Below are positions 9,824 through 17,806 of a stretch of 64,000 nucleotides of DNA, piece after piece; position 1 is the first letter of the stretch, and each line of letters opens with the position of its first letter. The DNA lies in the sequence record PV662128.1. One strand, 5' to 3'. The position numbers and the translations under genes are program-made. Under the pieces are notes generated by a model. The model did not search any database and was not told the origin of the DNA. It saw only the letters and a program-made list of their open reading frames with translations.

Positions 9824-10684
9824 CTAGATCCGACTCGGGACAGCATTTCTGACGGCGTTGTATTTACGATCCGGATCAGAGTAAGTCATGAGTTTTATCC
9901 AACGAGTTTTAAACAACTCCTCGTATTGGTTAAGACTGTCACGGTACTCGCTGATATCGTCACGAATAATATCAACTTGAACCCCAGAGCGGGCTACGCC
10001 TTCGTCGACTTTGTACCGAACGGTTTTCCAAATGTAGTTCTTGGTCATCAGGATAACCAGGTCGCCGAATACATCGTAAGCTCTTGGATGAATCGTGGAT
10101 AAACCGTCGTCGTAACTCAGGATAAGTTTACCCGTCAGGGAAAACACCCCACTAGGAGCACCATGAATCACAAACGAGTTATTCCCGACGAGGGTTATAT
10201 TCGTGAACGTCTGGGGAATTTCTCGATTGGGTAACATTCCGTTGATCATGGAGTTCAATGCGTCGTTGACAGTACCTACCCCGCAGGAGTCGGCATTACC
10301 AAGCACGCTCATGATCCCACTGGAAGAATTCATCGCTCCCTGGTAAACCTCCACGACCGAAATAATTTTCCTACCGCCTGTCAGGAAATCAGGGACGTTA
10401 ACCAATTCCATTCCCTGACCGAGATGTTCAATCCGTGATCCGGTTAAATCGATCAGTTCGGTCACCCCACCCTGGACGTTACACCGGGGTAGGATAATCG
10501 CATGTATAATTTTTTCTCGAATCCCTTGCTGAACGGTGGTCTGCGCGTACTGGTTATACCAGTTCCCGGTCAGATTCCCGTTAGGGTTCGAGAACGCAAG
10601 CTCCAACAGGTACTCAGGGATGTCACTCCCGTTGAGAACTTTGTTGATCGCGTAGTCCACGCAGTTCATAATCAACTCCCACAC
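9824..10684 (-). CDS. Conserved phiKZ-like virion structural protein (likely start MNCVDY)
   Basis: Long ORF co-oriented with 8325..9815; N-terminus resembles a chimallivirus structural family. Confidence 0.55.
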   Translation of the reverse strand: MWELIMNCVDYAINKVLNGSDIPEYLLELAFSNPNGNLTGNWYNQYAQTTVQQGIREKIIHAIILPRCNVQGGVTELIDLTGSRIEHLGQGMELVNVPDFLTGGRKIISVVEVYQGAMNSSSGIMSVLGNADSCGVGTVNDALNSMINGMLPNREIPQTFTNITLVGNNSFVIHGAPSGVFSLTGKLILSYDDGLSTIHPRAYDVFGDLVILMTKNYIWKTVRYKVDEGVARSGVQVDIIRDDISEYRDSLNQYEELFKTRWIKLMTYSDPDRKYNAVRNAVPSRI

Positions 10685-11184
10685 TGAGTTTCAAGACCGG
10701 AGAGATTTCCGTCTCGATAAAAATTCAACTGAGAATTTTTACTCTGGGGTTTTCGCCGGATATAATATTCCACTGCGAGAATTTAAAAACTCATCGAGTT
10801 TTATTTCCCGTATAAAATACTCCGTGCCGTAAGATAACACCCCACAGAAAAAACCTCGCCTTCGGAAAAATTCCTCGAAGGCGAGCTGCCATGATCTCAC
10901 TCGAGCAAGAATCAATCCGACATACAATCCCAATCGTTCCAAATATTTTCCATCGGGATTTTGGTTATCTGTAAATTTTTACACATGAATCTATTTTATA
11001 TTTGTATTTTTCTCGCGTGCGGATATTCTAATTTTTCAAAGATAATCTAAAACCGATTCTCGTTCTGGGTTTTTTATTTTTCTGTGTTTTGATTTTTCAA
11101 ATCCAATTTTCAAAATTCAAAAATCTAAATCTAAAAAATCTAAAATTTTAATACTCAAAAAAATCAAATTTTCCTAGGGGTCCT

Positions 11185-11413
11185 TATTACGCGTGCGTAC
11201 GCACGCACGCATATAAAAAACAAATATAATACGTAGTATTATATTTTCATTTGTTTTTATATTTTTAATTTATTAAAAATATATTAATATAAATTATTAT
11301 AAATATATTTTTTATTAGTTTGTTTTTTATAAACAAATATATAAATATATATTTATATATATTTATATTCATTAGGCGCGCGCCAGCGTGCGTATGTGCG
11401 CGCACGCGTAATA
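11185..11413. repeat. GC-rich inverted repeats flanking a ~94% AT core (origin-like element)
   Basis: tattacgcgtgcg (11185-11197) and cgcacgcgtaata (11401-11413) are exact reverse complements, extending imperfectly to ~27 bp. 11211-11374 has 10 G/C in 164 nt. Confidence 0.75.
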
Positions 11414-11816
11414 GAGAAGGGGTTATAAAAATACGAGATTTAACCTGAGAAATTATCCAGAAAAATCACACAGAGTAAAAATTTATTAACCGGAACGATT
11501 TTGAGAAGATTTAATACCCCACCTAGGAATTCGTATCGGTCGGATGAAAAAACGTCTTAGAAATCAACACAGGAAGTTTTAGAGGGTATTTCGATCGAGT
11601 TCTCAGGAAAGGATTATTCGGTGAATAAAAATATTTTAATCGGGGTAATTAATTTTTACCGCAAATTAGATTTATCGAGACGAGAAGATTTAATCACAAA
11701 GTAATTTCTTACGGAGAGCATAATCTTCTGAACAGGACTGAGATCTCGAATAGCCAGATGGAAATTATCCATCCGTTCGAAAGTTAACCTGAATTACCCC
11801 TAAGAGGCCAAATCCT

Positions 11817-12551
11817 ATGCAACCAGCTAGCCCATGGAAAAACAACAAACACGTTAAACCACAAGATAACACCACCGCAGACCGGTACGAATCTCTTCTG
11901 CGTGAATTACCTGATGCGCTCAATGCTACTCCCAGAGAGCCAGGTTACTTGATCGCAACCAAAAAGATTTTATTAGTACTGGAAATTCTCGAAGGAACTC
12001 GATTGTCAGTTCGTGACGTGATGGAAAACGAGAACCTGATTCGTAAAGTTCACGAGTTACTGGTGGAGTTGGGTTGGAAGCAAGCGATTAGCCGAGGGAC
12101 TCAGGTTTTTGTTACTCACCAGGATTTAATTAAACCGAGTATTTACCGATTGATCGATCTCGATGAAGCTGCGATAGGTTACGCCAAAGAGATCACGGAT
12201 AATATTTTATTAGACCGTCGGTTCAGTGTTCGCGTAGACGGTAACGATATCCGGATTCTTCCTGGAGACCGCAGCGCGAGTAATCCGTTTAGTCTGCTGT
12301 CCGCTAACGTAGTAAGCGGTTGGCGTAAGGCAATACGAGAGTACGATAAAACCGTCACGGGTAATCTTATTGGACATCTGACGGTTATCGGCGAAGATAC
12401 GATGAGTTGCCCGCTCGATCTAAAACTCATCTTCGGCCTACTGGATTACCTCGGTTGGCCGGAAATGTATTTAACCGGTGAACAGATCTTATTGAGTAAC
12501 CCCATGGGTGATTATCAAACCCTCGAGGTGAATTATATCGATCCTGAGTAA
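11817..12551 (+). CDS. Hypothetical protein (244 aa)
   Basis: GAGG RBS; only long ORF between two non-coding blocks. Confidence 0.7.
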   Translation: MQPASPWKNNKHVKPQDNTTADRYESLLRELPDALNATPREPGYLIATKKILLVLEILEGTRLSVRDVMENENLIRKVHELLVELGWKQAISRGTQVFVTHQDLIKPSIYRLIDLDEAAIGYAKEITDNILLDRRFSVRVDGNDIRILPGDRSASNPFSLLSANVVSGWRKAIREYDKTVTGNLIGHLTVIGEDTMSCPLDLKLIFGLLDYLGWPEMYLTGEQILLSNPMGDYQTLEVNYIDPE

Positions 12552-12803
12552 TTCGCAACCACAGTCCGATGTTATTAGTAAAGATCTTTGGGCTCCCTGT
12601 TGATTAACTAGCGACCCAACCTCATCTCTTTGAACCTCCTTACCACGAGCGAGATAGCCAAAGTAGCTAGGGATTTTCAGGGGGTTCAATCCCCATTTTC
12701 GTTAATCTTATTAGACCCACTGTCCTAAGCCCATGAAGCCTTGAAATCTCTCCTGTAGCAGACAAAGTTTTCGTTCGGTGGGATAGATTAACGTTTTTCT
12801 TCA

Positions 12804-12876
12804 CGTCGTGTTATCTGATGAGTCTTCGACGCTAAACAAGACGAAACCTAATGAATCTATTTTATTAGGTCATAAT
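12804..12876 (+). ncRNA. Hammerhead ribozyme (type I), predicted cleavage after C12871 (GUC)
   Basis: Core CUGAUGA 12815-12821; stem II GUCUU/AAGAC; GAAA 12843-12846; stem III ACCUAAU/AUUAGGU; stem I GUUAU/AUAAU; loop II CGACG can pseudoknot with CGUCG 12804-12808. Confidence 0.87.
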
Positions 12877-13510
12877 TCAACCTAAGCGTTGAACGGGCAG
12901 TTAGGGGCAATGGTCCCCGAGGTCTTCAGCTTCTTCGCCTGCCCGCACTAAAAAGTTCTTTCATGATTAGGCGCGCCGCACTCTACGAGCGGACAATAAG
13001 CAACCGAAAGTGGGAGAGAAAGAAGCGTGTCCGGTCGCTTGCCGGAAAGTTGGTTTAGGCGGGTTTCTTCCCAACCCAAACGACGCTGCCCAAGATAGGG
13101 CTGCAAGTCGTATTAGCGAATTATACCGGCATGCGGGGTTTCCGCGATAAGCCGGGTTAGCTACGGGTAAGAAACCGGCCGGAGTAATCAGCCTTTCGTA
13201 TTCGGGTAACGTGAGTTATCGTAGAGATATCTCTGAGGGTTAGGCCAACCCCCGACGTTCTCCGAGTCCGAAGGGAAGCTTGCTCAGCTTCACAGAAACT
13301 CCAAAATCTCAGACGGTCACACCTCGTAATCTTACGGCAGTATGATTGCCTATTCGTCCTTTGTCGCTCACCAAGGGGCGAGTAGGAAACCTCTGCCACG
13401 GCGTTTCGATTGCTTGCTTTTGTCATAACCCTTCTGTATAGGTTGAGTGTTAACTTCCCCAAGAGTATAACCTGTTATCTCTCTCTTCGTGAGAAGTCGG
13501 AGATAATGGG
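12872..13510 (+). ncRNA. Candidate large structured ncRNA downstream of the hammerhead; 3' boundary uncertain
   Basis: No credible ORF, visibly GC-richer than its flanks, many nested helices (12894-12900/12939-12945, 13030-13034/13042-13046, 13080-13084/13107-13111, 13126-13130/13151-13155). Confidence 0.5.
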
Positions 13511-13531
13511 ATAAATTCTTAGGAGTTCGTT

Positions 13532-13720
13532 ATGTACACATACCAGTATACCGTGCGATACCGAATACCTAATTCTGTGTTTACGACCTACAGCGGAGAA
13601 ATTACTTCTGACTGTTTGCTCAATAACGCTAATCGCATTTTTGATGTCTTGCGTACTGAAGTTCATAAGGCTGTTAACGTTGACTCGTTTAGCATTACGA
13701 GCTTCAAGCTGAAAGAATAA
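13532..13720 (+). CDS. Small hypothetical protein (62 aa)
   Basis: Strong AGGAG RBS. Confidence 0.6.
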   Translation: MYTYQYTVRYRIPNSVFTTYSGEITSDCLLNNANRIFDVLRTEVHKAVNVDSFSITSFKLKE

Positions 13721-13890
13721 GTCGAGCTACGCGCTCCGTCTACCTTAGGACCGGAAGTAGTTACGACTTAGGGGGAAAGAAGAGTCGTGCCTTTGAGTAC
13801 CCCAACCTCATTCGTGTGGTGATCTTTCACATCATCTCATGGATATTGCTACATCATCATCATTAAAGTTCTACCATGAATTTTATTCCT

Positions 13891-13922
13891 TCCAGTAGGG
13901 TTCGTCCCTACTGGACTTTTTT
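13891..13922 (+). terminator. Intrinsic terminator
   Basis: tccagtaggg/ccctactgga stem plus T tract. Confidence 0.8.
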
Positions 13923-13978
13923 CGCGTTTTATTTATCGGCGCATATAAGGTTATAGAGGAACTAGATTTTTTGAGTTC

Positions 13979-13995
13979 TAAATTATCGTAATGTA
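13979..13995 (+). promoter_or_regulatory. Promoter-like motif upstream of phuZ
   Basis: AGAT-N11-TAAATTAT-N6-GTA. Confidence 0.55.
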
Positions 13996-14053
13996 AAGCA
14001 AAAGATAATGCTTTCCATTCCAACTATCATAATTTCTTTTAGGAGTTTCATCT

Positions 14054-15016
14054 ATGAGCACATTACGTGTTTACGCGTGTGGCGGTACCGGTATTAATAT
14101 TGCGTCTAAATGGATTGCTAACAGTGCGAATAGTCTTATTCGTAAAGCCCAGTTCATCGGACTGGACAGCAGTGAAAACAACAAACCGCATAACGACGCC
14201 TTTAAGGTGGAACGTCCGGAAGGAACTCGCGGCGGCGGTAAGGAACGTAAGCTGATCGGTAAAATCGCTGCTGGGTTTATTGACAGTATTTTGACCAAAC
14301 ATAAACCGGGTGATTTCAACCTGATCATCATGAACGCGGCGGGAGCTACCGGGAGTACGTTCGGCCCGACTCTGATCAATCGTCTCCTCACCCAGGGGGT
14401 TCCGGTCATTGCGTTGGTCGTAGGCGACCTGACTTCTGAACTGGAAAACTACAACACGGTTAAAACGTTTGAAAGCCTGGACAACCAGCGCATCAATCTG
14501 GACGTCCCGGTCATTATTGATTACGTGGATAACGCCAAATATCCCAGCCGCGGATTGGCCGACAAATACGCCATCGGACGCCTCGATATCCTGAGCCTGT
14601 TCTTAACCGACGAACACGAAGAAAGTGACTTCCAAGATATTCGCAACCTGTTCTACTACAACCAGGTCACCAAGGCGGCGCCTACTCTTGCCCGTATCGA
14701 CTTCTTGACCGACACTCAGTTAGACAGCGCTACCCCCGGCCTGGTCGCTGAATTCGGTCTGTATCGTAAAGCGGATGATATCGGCAGTCATATCAAAAAT
14801 CTGGCGTATCGTTCTACTGGTGTTATTCAGGAAGGTAGCACTAACTTCCCGTCCGGCGTAGAACATCTCCACATGGTCTTTGACCACGATGCGACGATCA
14901 AAGATATCCTGGTTCTGGTTCAGGATCTTAAAGATGTTGAGATCCAAAATAACGAACGTTTTAAATCTGCTCAGCAGGTTGGAAACGGCGGCGATGATTC
15001 TGGAATGTCCTACTAA
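14054..15016 (+). CDS. phuZ: PhuZ phage tubulin
   Basis: Tubulin/FtsZ motifs ACGGTGINI, GTRGGGK, NAAGATGS, NTVKT; acidic tail ending DDSGMSY; strong codon bias. Confidence 0.93.
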   Translation: MSTLRVYACGGTGINIASKWIANSANSLIRKAQFIGLDSSENNKPHNDAFKVERPEGTRGGGKERKLIGKIAAGFIDSILTKHKPGDFNLIIMNAAGATGSTFGPTLINRLLTQGVPVIALVVGDLTSELENYNTVKTFESLDNQRINLDVPVIIDYVDNAKYPSRGLADKYAIGRLDILSLFLTDEHEESDFQDIRNLFYYNQVTKAAPTLARIDFLTDTQLDSATPGLVAEFGLYRKADDIGSHIKNLAYRSTGVIQEGSTNFPSGVEHLHMVFDHDATIKDILVLVQDLKDVEIQNNERFKSAQQVGNGGDDSGMSY

Positions 15017-15025
15017 GTAAAACAA

Positions 15026-15060
15026 TACTGCTACAGCCCTTCTATGGGGCTGTAGCAGTA
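15026..15060. terminator. Intrinsic terminator after phuZ
   Basis: tactgctacagccc/gggctgtagcagta stem. Confidence 0.8.
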
Positions 15061-15130
15061 GTTCTTTATTTTTTGCATCTATCTATAGGTCCAACCAAAA
15101 AACAGCTTATAAACCTTTACAGGAAGCTTT

Positions 15131-15436
15131 ATGATAAAAACAACCAGAGTGGTTAAAACGTTGAGTTTTCGCGAATATCATTCTGTGATACTTAATGTCG
15201 ATAATAATGTTGCTACAGCAGAAAGGTTGCTCCTCAAGGAAGCCTTAATCGAACACGGTTATCAGATCGACGATGGATTACCTGAGAGCTACCCTTATTA
15301 CCCGGAATCACTAAGGGAATTCAGAGATATGTTGAAGACCAGTATCGAACACATAACTTTGGGCATTCCCACAAACGCCAAGGTCGAATACATCAGTCCT
15401 ACGCTTGGACTCTTCAATATCATTTTTACTTACTAA
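15131..15436 (+). CDS. Hypothetical protein
   Basis: AGGA RBS. Confidence 0.65.
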   Translation: MIKTTRVVKTLSFREYHSVILNVDNNVATAERLLLKEALIEHGYQIDDGLPESYPYYPESLREFRDMLKTSIEHITLGIPTNAKVEYISPTLGLFNIIFTY

Positions 15437-15452
15437 TAGCAGGTGAGCTAAT

Positions 15453-16025
15453 ATGTACTCAGTGGGATCGGAATGGCTTAAGGACCAAATTTTAACATTT
15501 GGTTATTCAGTAGAAGAAATTTCCGACGGGGACCCGAAGCAGTTAACGAGTTTTATCCGACCTATTATCGATGGAGTGGTCGAAGCGTTGAATGCAGATA
15601 ACCCCGATGACATCTGGGATATTATCAGACGTTTTGAGCAGGCAATGGCGGGTAATCACGCTATCGAGCACATCTTTGATTACCTTACTACCAACGTAAG
15701 AAAGATGGCTAAGCAATCTGGTTATGACCCCAGGGTCAAGTTTAGAACCAGAGAAGTCAGAGCGGGACGCCGGATAAATTTCATTTTTGAAATGGACCTC
15801 GACGCAACAATAGCCGCGGTTAATTCTCTCAATCAAGAAATACTGGAAGAAGAAGATCTCGATGAAATTGTTTCCGATCACCCAGGAGTTGACGTACTTC
15901 AAAAACTTGAAAACGTTAGGAAAAGGGAATTACAAGAAAAACTTAATTCCTTTACACGAAATGTACTTGGAGTTCGTGTCATACCAGCGGGAGCTAGCAG
16001 ACGTTACCTTAATAAAGGAGTCTGA
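15453..16025 (+). CDS. Hypothetical protein (post-phuZ cluster)
   Basis: AGGTG RBS, long ORF. Confidence 0.7.
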   Translation: MYSVGSEWLKDQILTFGYSVEEISDGDPKQLTSFIRPIIDGVVEALNADNPDDIWDIIRRFEQAMAGNHAIEHIFDYLTTNVRKMAKQSGYDPRVKFRTREVRAGRRINFIFEMDLDATIAAVNSLNQEILEEEDLDEIVSDHPGVDVLQKLENVRKRELQEKLNSFTRNVLGVRVIPAGASRRYLNKGV

Positions 16026-16377
16026 TCTAGAAATCGTTTTTGGCGGATTGATACAGTACGTTATGGATGAGTTCCCCTTATCTACTCGGTGTATAACTTT
16101 TGATCAAACCTCTTTCGATAAAAGGATAGCGAGAAAATATTATTCCCCCGAGGTACTCGAGGAAATATTGGACGCAATGAAATGTGTAATAGCTAAACAT
16201 ATTTATGCGCTCACTCCTAACACTTTGATCAGAAAGCCAGTGTTCTATCATCTGATTAATACTCGCGTATTGGCGATCCTTATAAGTGATTACGATCTAA
16301 GAGAGCCCGACCATGCATCGTATCCTCGTTCCAGTAAAACCCATCGTAGACGCAATGACGACTTTCCAACTCCCTGA
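15961..16377 (+). CDS. Hypothetical protein; start uncertain
   Basis: In frame with the track ORF 15862..16377; ATG 15961 reduces the overlap. Confidence 0.6.
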   Translation: MYLEFVSYQRELADVTLIKESDLEIVFGGLIQYVMDEFPLSTRCITFDQTSFDKRIARKYYSPEVLEEILDAMKCVIAKHIYALTPNTLIRKPVFYHLINTRVLAILISDYDLREPDHASYPRSSKTHRRRNDDFPTP

Positions 16378-16681
16378 GATTGGTGCGATGTCACATAACC
16401 AGTTATTAGAAATGATTGTGAAATTGAGCTTAGAAGCTCGTTTTAAATCTTACGGACTTTCTGGTGCGATTGATATCATCAAGGATTTAATCTACGCGTT
16501 TAAACCAAAAGATTCCGTCCCAGACATTCTATTGGGTTTTTATCTTCTCCCGGGAATGACAGCCTTAGCGGAAGAAATGACCGCAATTGAGAAAGCCAGG
16601 GATGTCTTTGGATGGGATCTTTATTGCCCCAACATGAAGTCACAACATATCGTCGTCTATGCGGGAGAACCACGTGCCTAA
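16313..16681 (+). CDS. Hypothetical protein
   Basis: Chain of overlapping + strand ORFs. Confidence 0.6.
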   Translation: MHRILVPVKPIVDAMTTFQLPEIGAMSHNQLLEMIVKLSLEARFKSYGLSGAIDIIKDLIYAFKPKDSVPDILLGFYLLPGMTALAEEMTAIEKARDVFGWDLYCPNMKSQHIVVYAGEPRA

Positions 16682-17006
16682 AATAACCATCCGGCTTGCA
16701 ATGCCGCCAGGAACTGATGTGGAAGGATTCATTTCCGCATATGGGAGTCTCTTAAGAGCGCATCGGGTGAGATGCAATATCCCTAGTCAGGATGTACAAC
16801 TCAACCATCCTTTAGAAGAAGCCCGTGAACAAATTCTGGGAGACTTCCAACGCACCAATTCCCAACTTCAGTCGATCAGTGCTAAATATGCCGATGTCTC
16901 TGTGTCCAACGTTCTTTCAGATGGGCGCGGGCTGACTATCATCTTAGCGTGCGACAAACCCAATAGTGAGTTCATCAATGCGGATTTCTCACACCAGTCT
17001 CAATGA
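16659..17006 (+). CDS. Hypothetical protein
   Basis: Chain of overlapping + strand ORFs. Confidence 0.6.
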   Translation: MRENHVPKITIRLAMPPGTDVEGFISAYGSLLRAHRVRCNIPSQDVQLNHPLEEAREQILGDFQRTNSQLQSISAKYADVSVSNVLSDGRGLTIILACDKPNSEFINADFSHQSQ

Positions 17007-17295
17007 AGAAGCTTTCTTGGGAGCCATCAAACAGATATATCTGAGAGATGATCCCCTTCCTTCTGATCAGACAATTTACGAAGTCGTTTCCGAATGGGTT
17101 GATGATCTCTTTCAAAATGGTCATGTAGAAGAAGATATCATTGATCTTTTTCTGGACGGGCTCCCACCCACAGAGCTTTTGAAATCTGTAACAGTGCACC
17201 CTATTTTTAGGAAACGGGTGGCTTATTCCGTTAATCCTTTAAATGGTATGACTGAAACTGTGGGGTTCCCCTTAATCATTCTGGAGTACGTATGA
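16966..17295 (+). CDS. Hypothetical protein
   Basis: Chain of overlapping + strand ORFs. Confidence 0.6.
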   Translation: MSSSMRISHTSLNEEAFLGAIKQIYLRDDPLPSDQTIYEVVSEWVDDLFQNGHVEEDIIDLFLDGLPPTELLKSVTVHPIFRKRVAYSVNPLNGMTETVGFPLIILEYV

Positions 17296-17705
17296 GTATT
17301 AGTGTGAAGAACGGGGATATCGTTAGTTTTTCCCTGGTACAAGCAAACATCATCAACAACGATTACACCAATGTAACCGTATTAGGTCAGGGGATGTTCG
17401 ACGTCGCTCGGGGAATTGATCCCGAGCTTCGCAATAAGCATTATAATCTTTATCCCTATTTCAAGGATAAAGTTAATAATGTAGATGATCCTAACTACGC
17501 GGATGGCTATCTGATCTTAAAGCTATCCAACGGCGAGCTCAGCGCAATTGGGGTGCCTTGGATCAACGAAGATACCTTTGAGGTCATCAGCGGAGAAACC
17601 CGTGTTTACACATTCCCTACCTGGAAAAGTAAATATGAGTCAAGCCTGCATGAACTCTTGGCTAACCTCGGCGCCGAATATTCTTATACCAGCACTAAAA
17701 AATAA
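17292..17705 (+). CDS. Conserved chimallivirus protein upstream of the DNA polymerase
   Basis: GGAG RBS, ATGA overlap; resembles the conserved small gene preceding phiKZ gp50 (synteny). Confidence 0.65.
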   Translation: MSISVKNGDIVSFSLVQANIINNDYTNVTVLGQGMFDVARGIDPELRNKHYNLYPYFKDKVNNVDDPNYADGYLILKLSNGELSAIGVPWINEDTFEVISGETRVYTFPTWKSKYESSLHELLANLGAEYSYTSTKK

Positions 17706-17708
17706 ACC

Positions 17709-17740
17709 GTTACTCTCATCCCATCAGGGATGAGAGTAAC
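17709..17740. terminator. Intrinsic terminator, TACTC family
   Basis: gttactctcatccc/gggatgagagtaac stem plus T tract. Confidence 0.8.
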
Positions 17741-17806
17741 CTCTTTTATTATTATTTTTTTATTGTCATTCCTTTTTATTAGACGAAAACAATTTTAAAT
17801 TTTAAA

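Noticed and set aside
12649-12702. tRNA gene candidate (GGUUCAAUCC T-loop, D-like arm)
   Set aside because: No anticodon arm or CCA, and the T-stem/acceptor junction is irregular; kept only as a possible mimic.
12881-12892. CCUAAGCGUUGA resembles part of the pistol ribozyme consensus
   Set aside because: The P1 pseudoknot loop and G-U cleavage strand are not in a compatible order.
13125-13156. Hairpin resembling group II intron domain V
   Set aside because: No catalytic triad or AC bulge in register, no GUGYG 5' end and no domain VI.
13143-13158. Minus-strand AACCCGGCUUAUCG matches the 3' P4 strand of bacterial RNase P RNA
   Set aside because: No partner GGAAAGUCCGGG segment on that strand; treated as chance.
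13157-13462. 101-aa minus-strand ORF within the structured locus
   Set aside because: No RBS, atypical Arg/Ser-rich composition; likely a chance ORF in GC-rich structured DNA.
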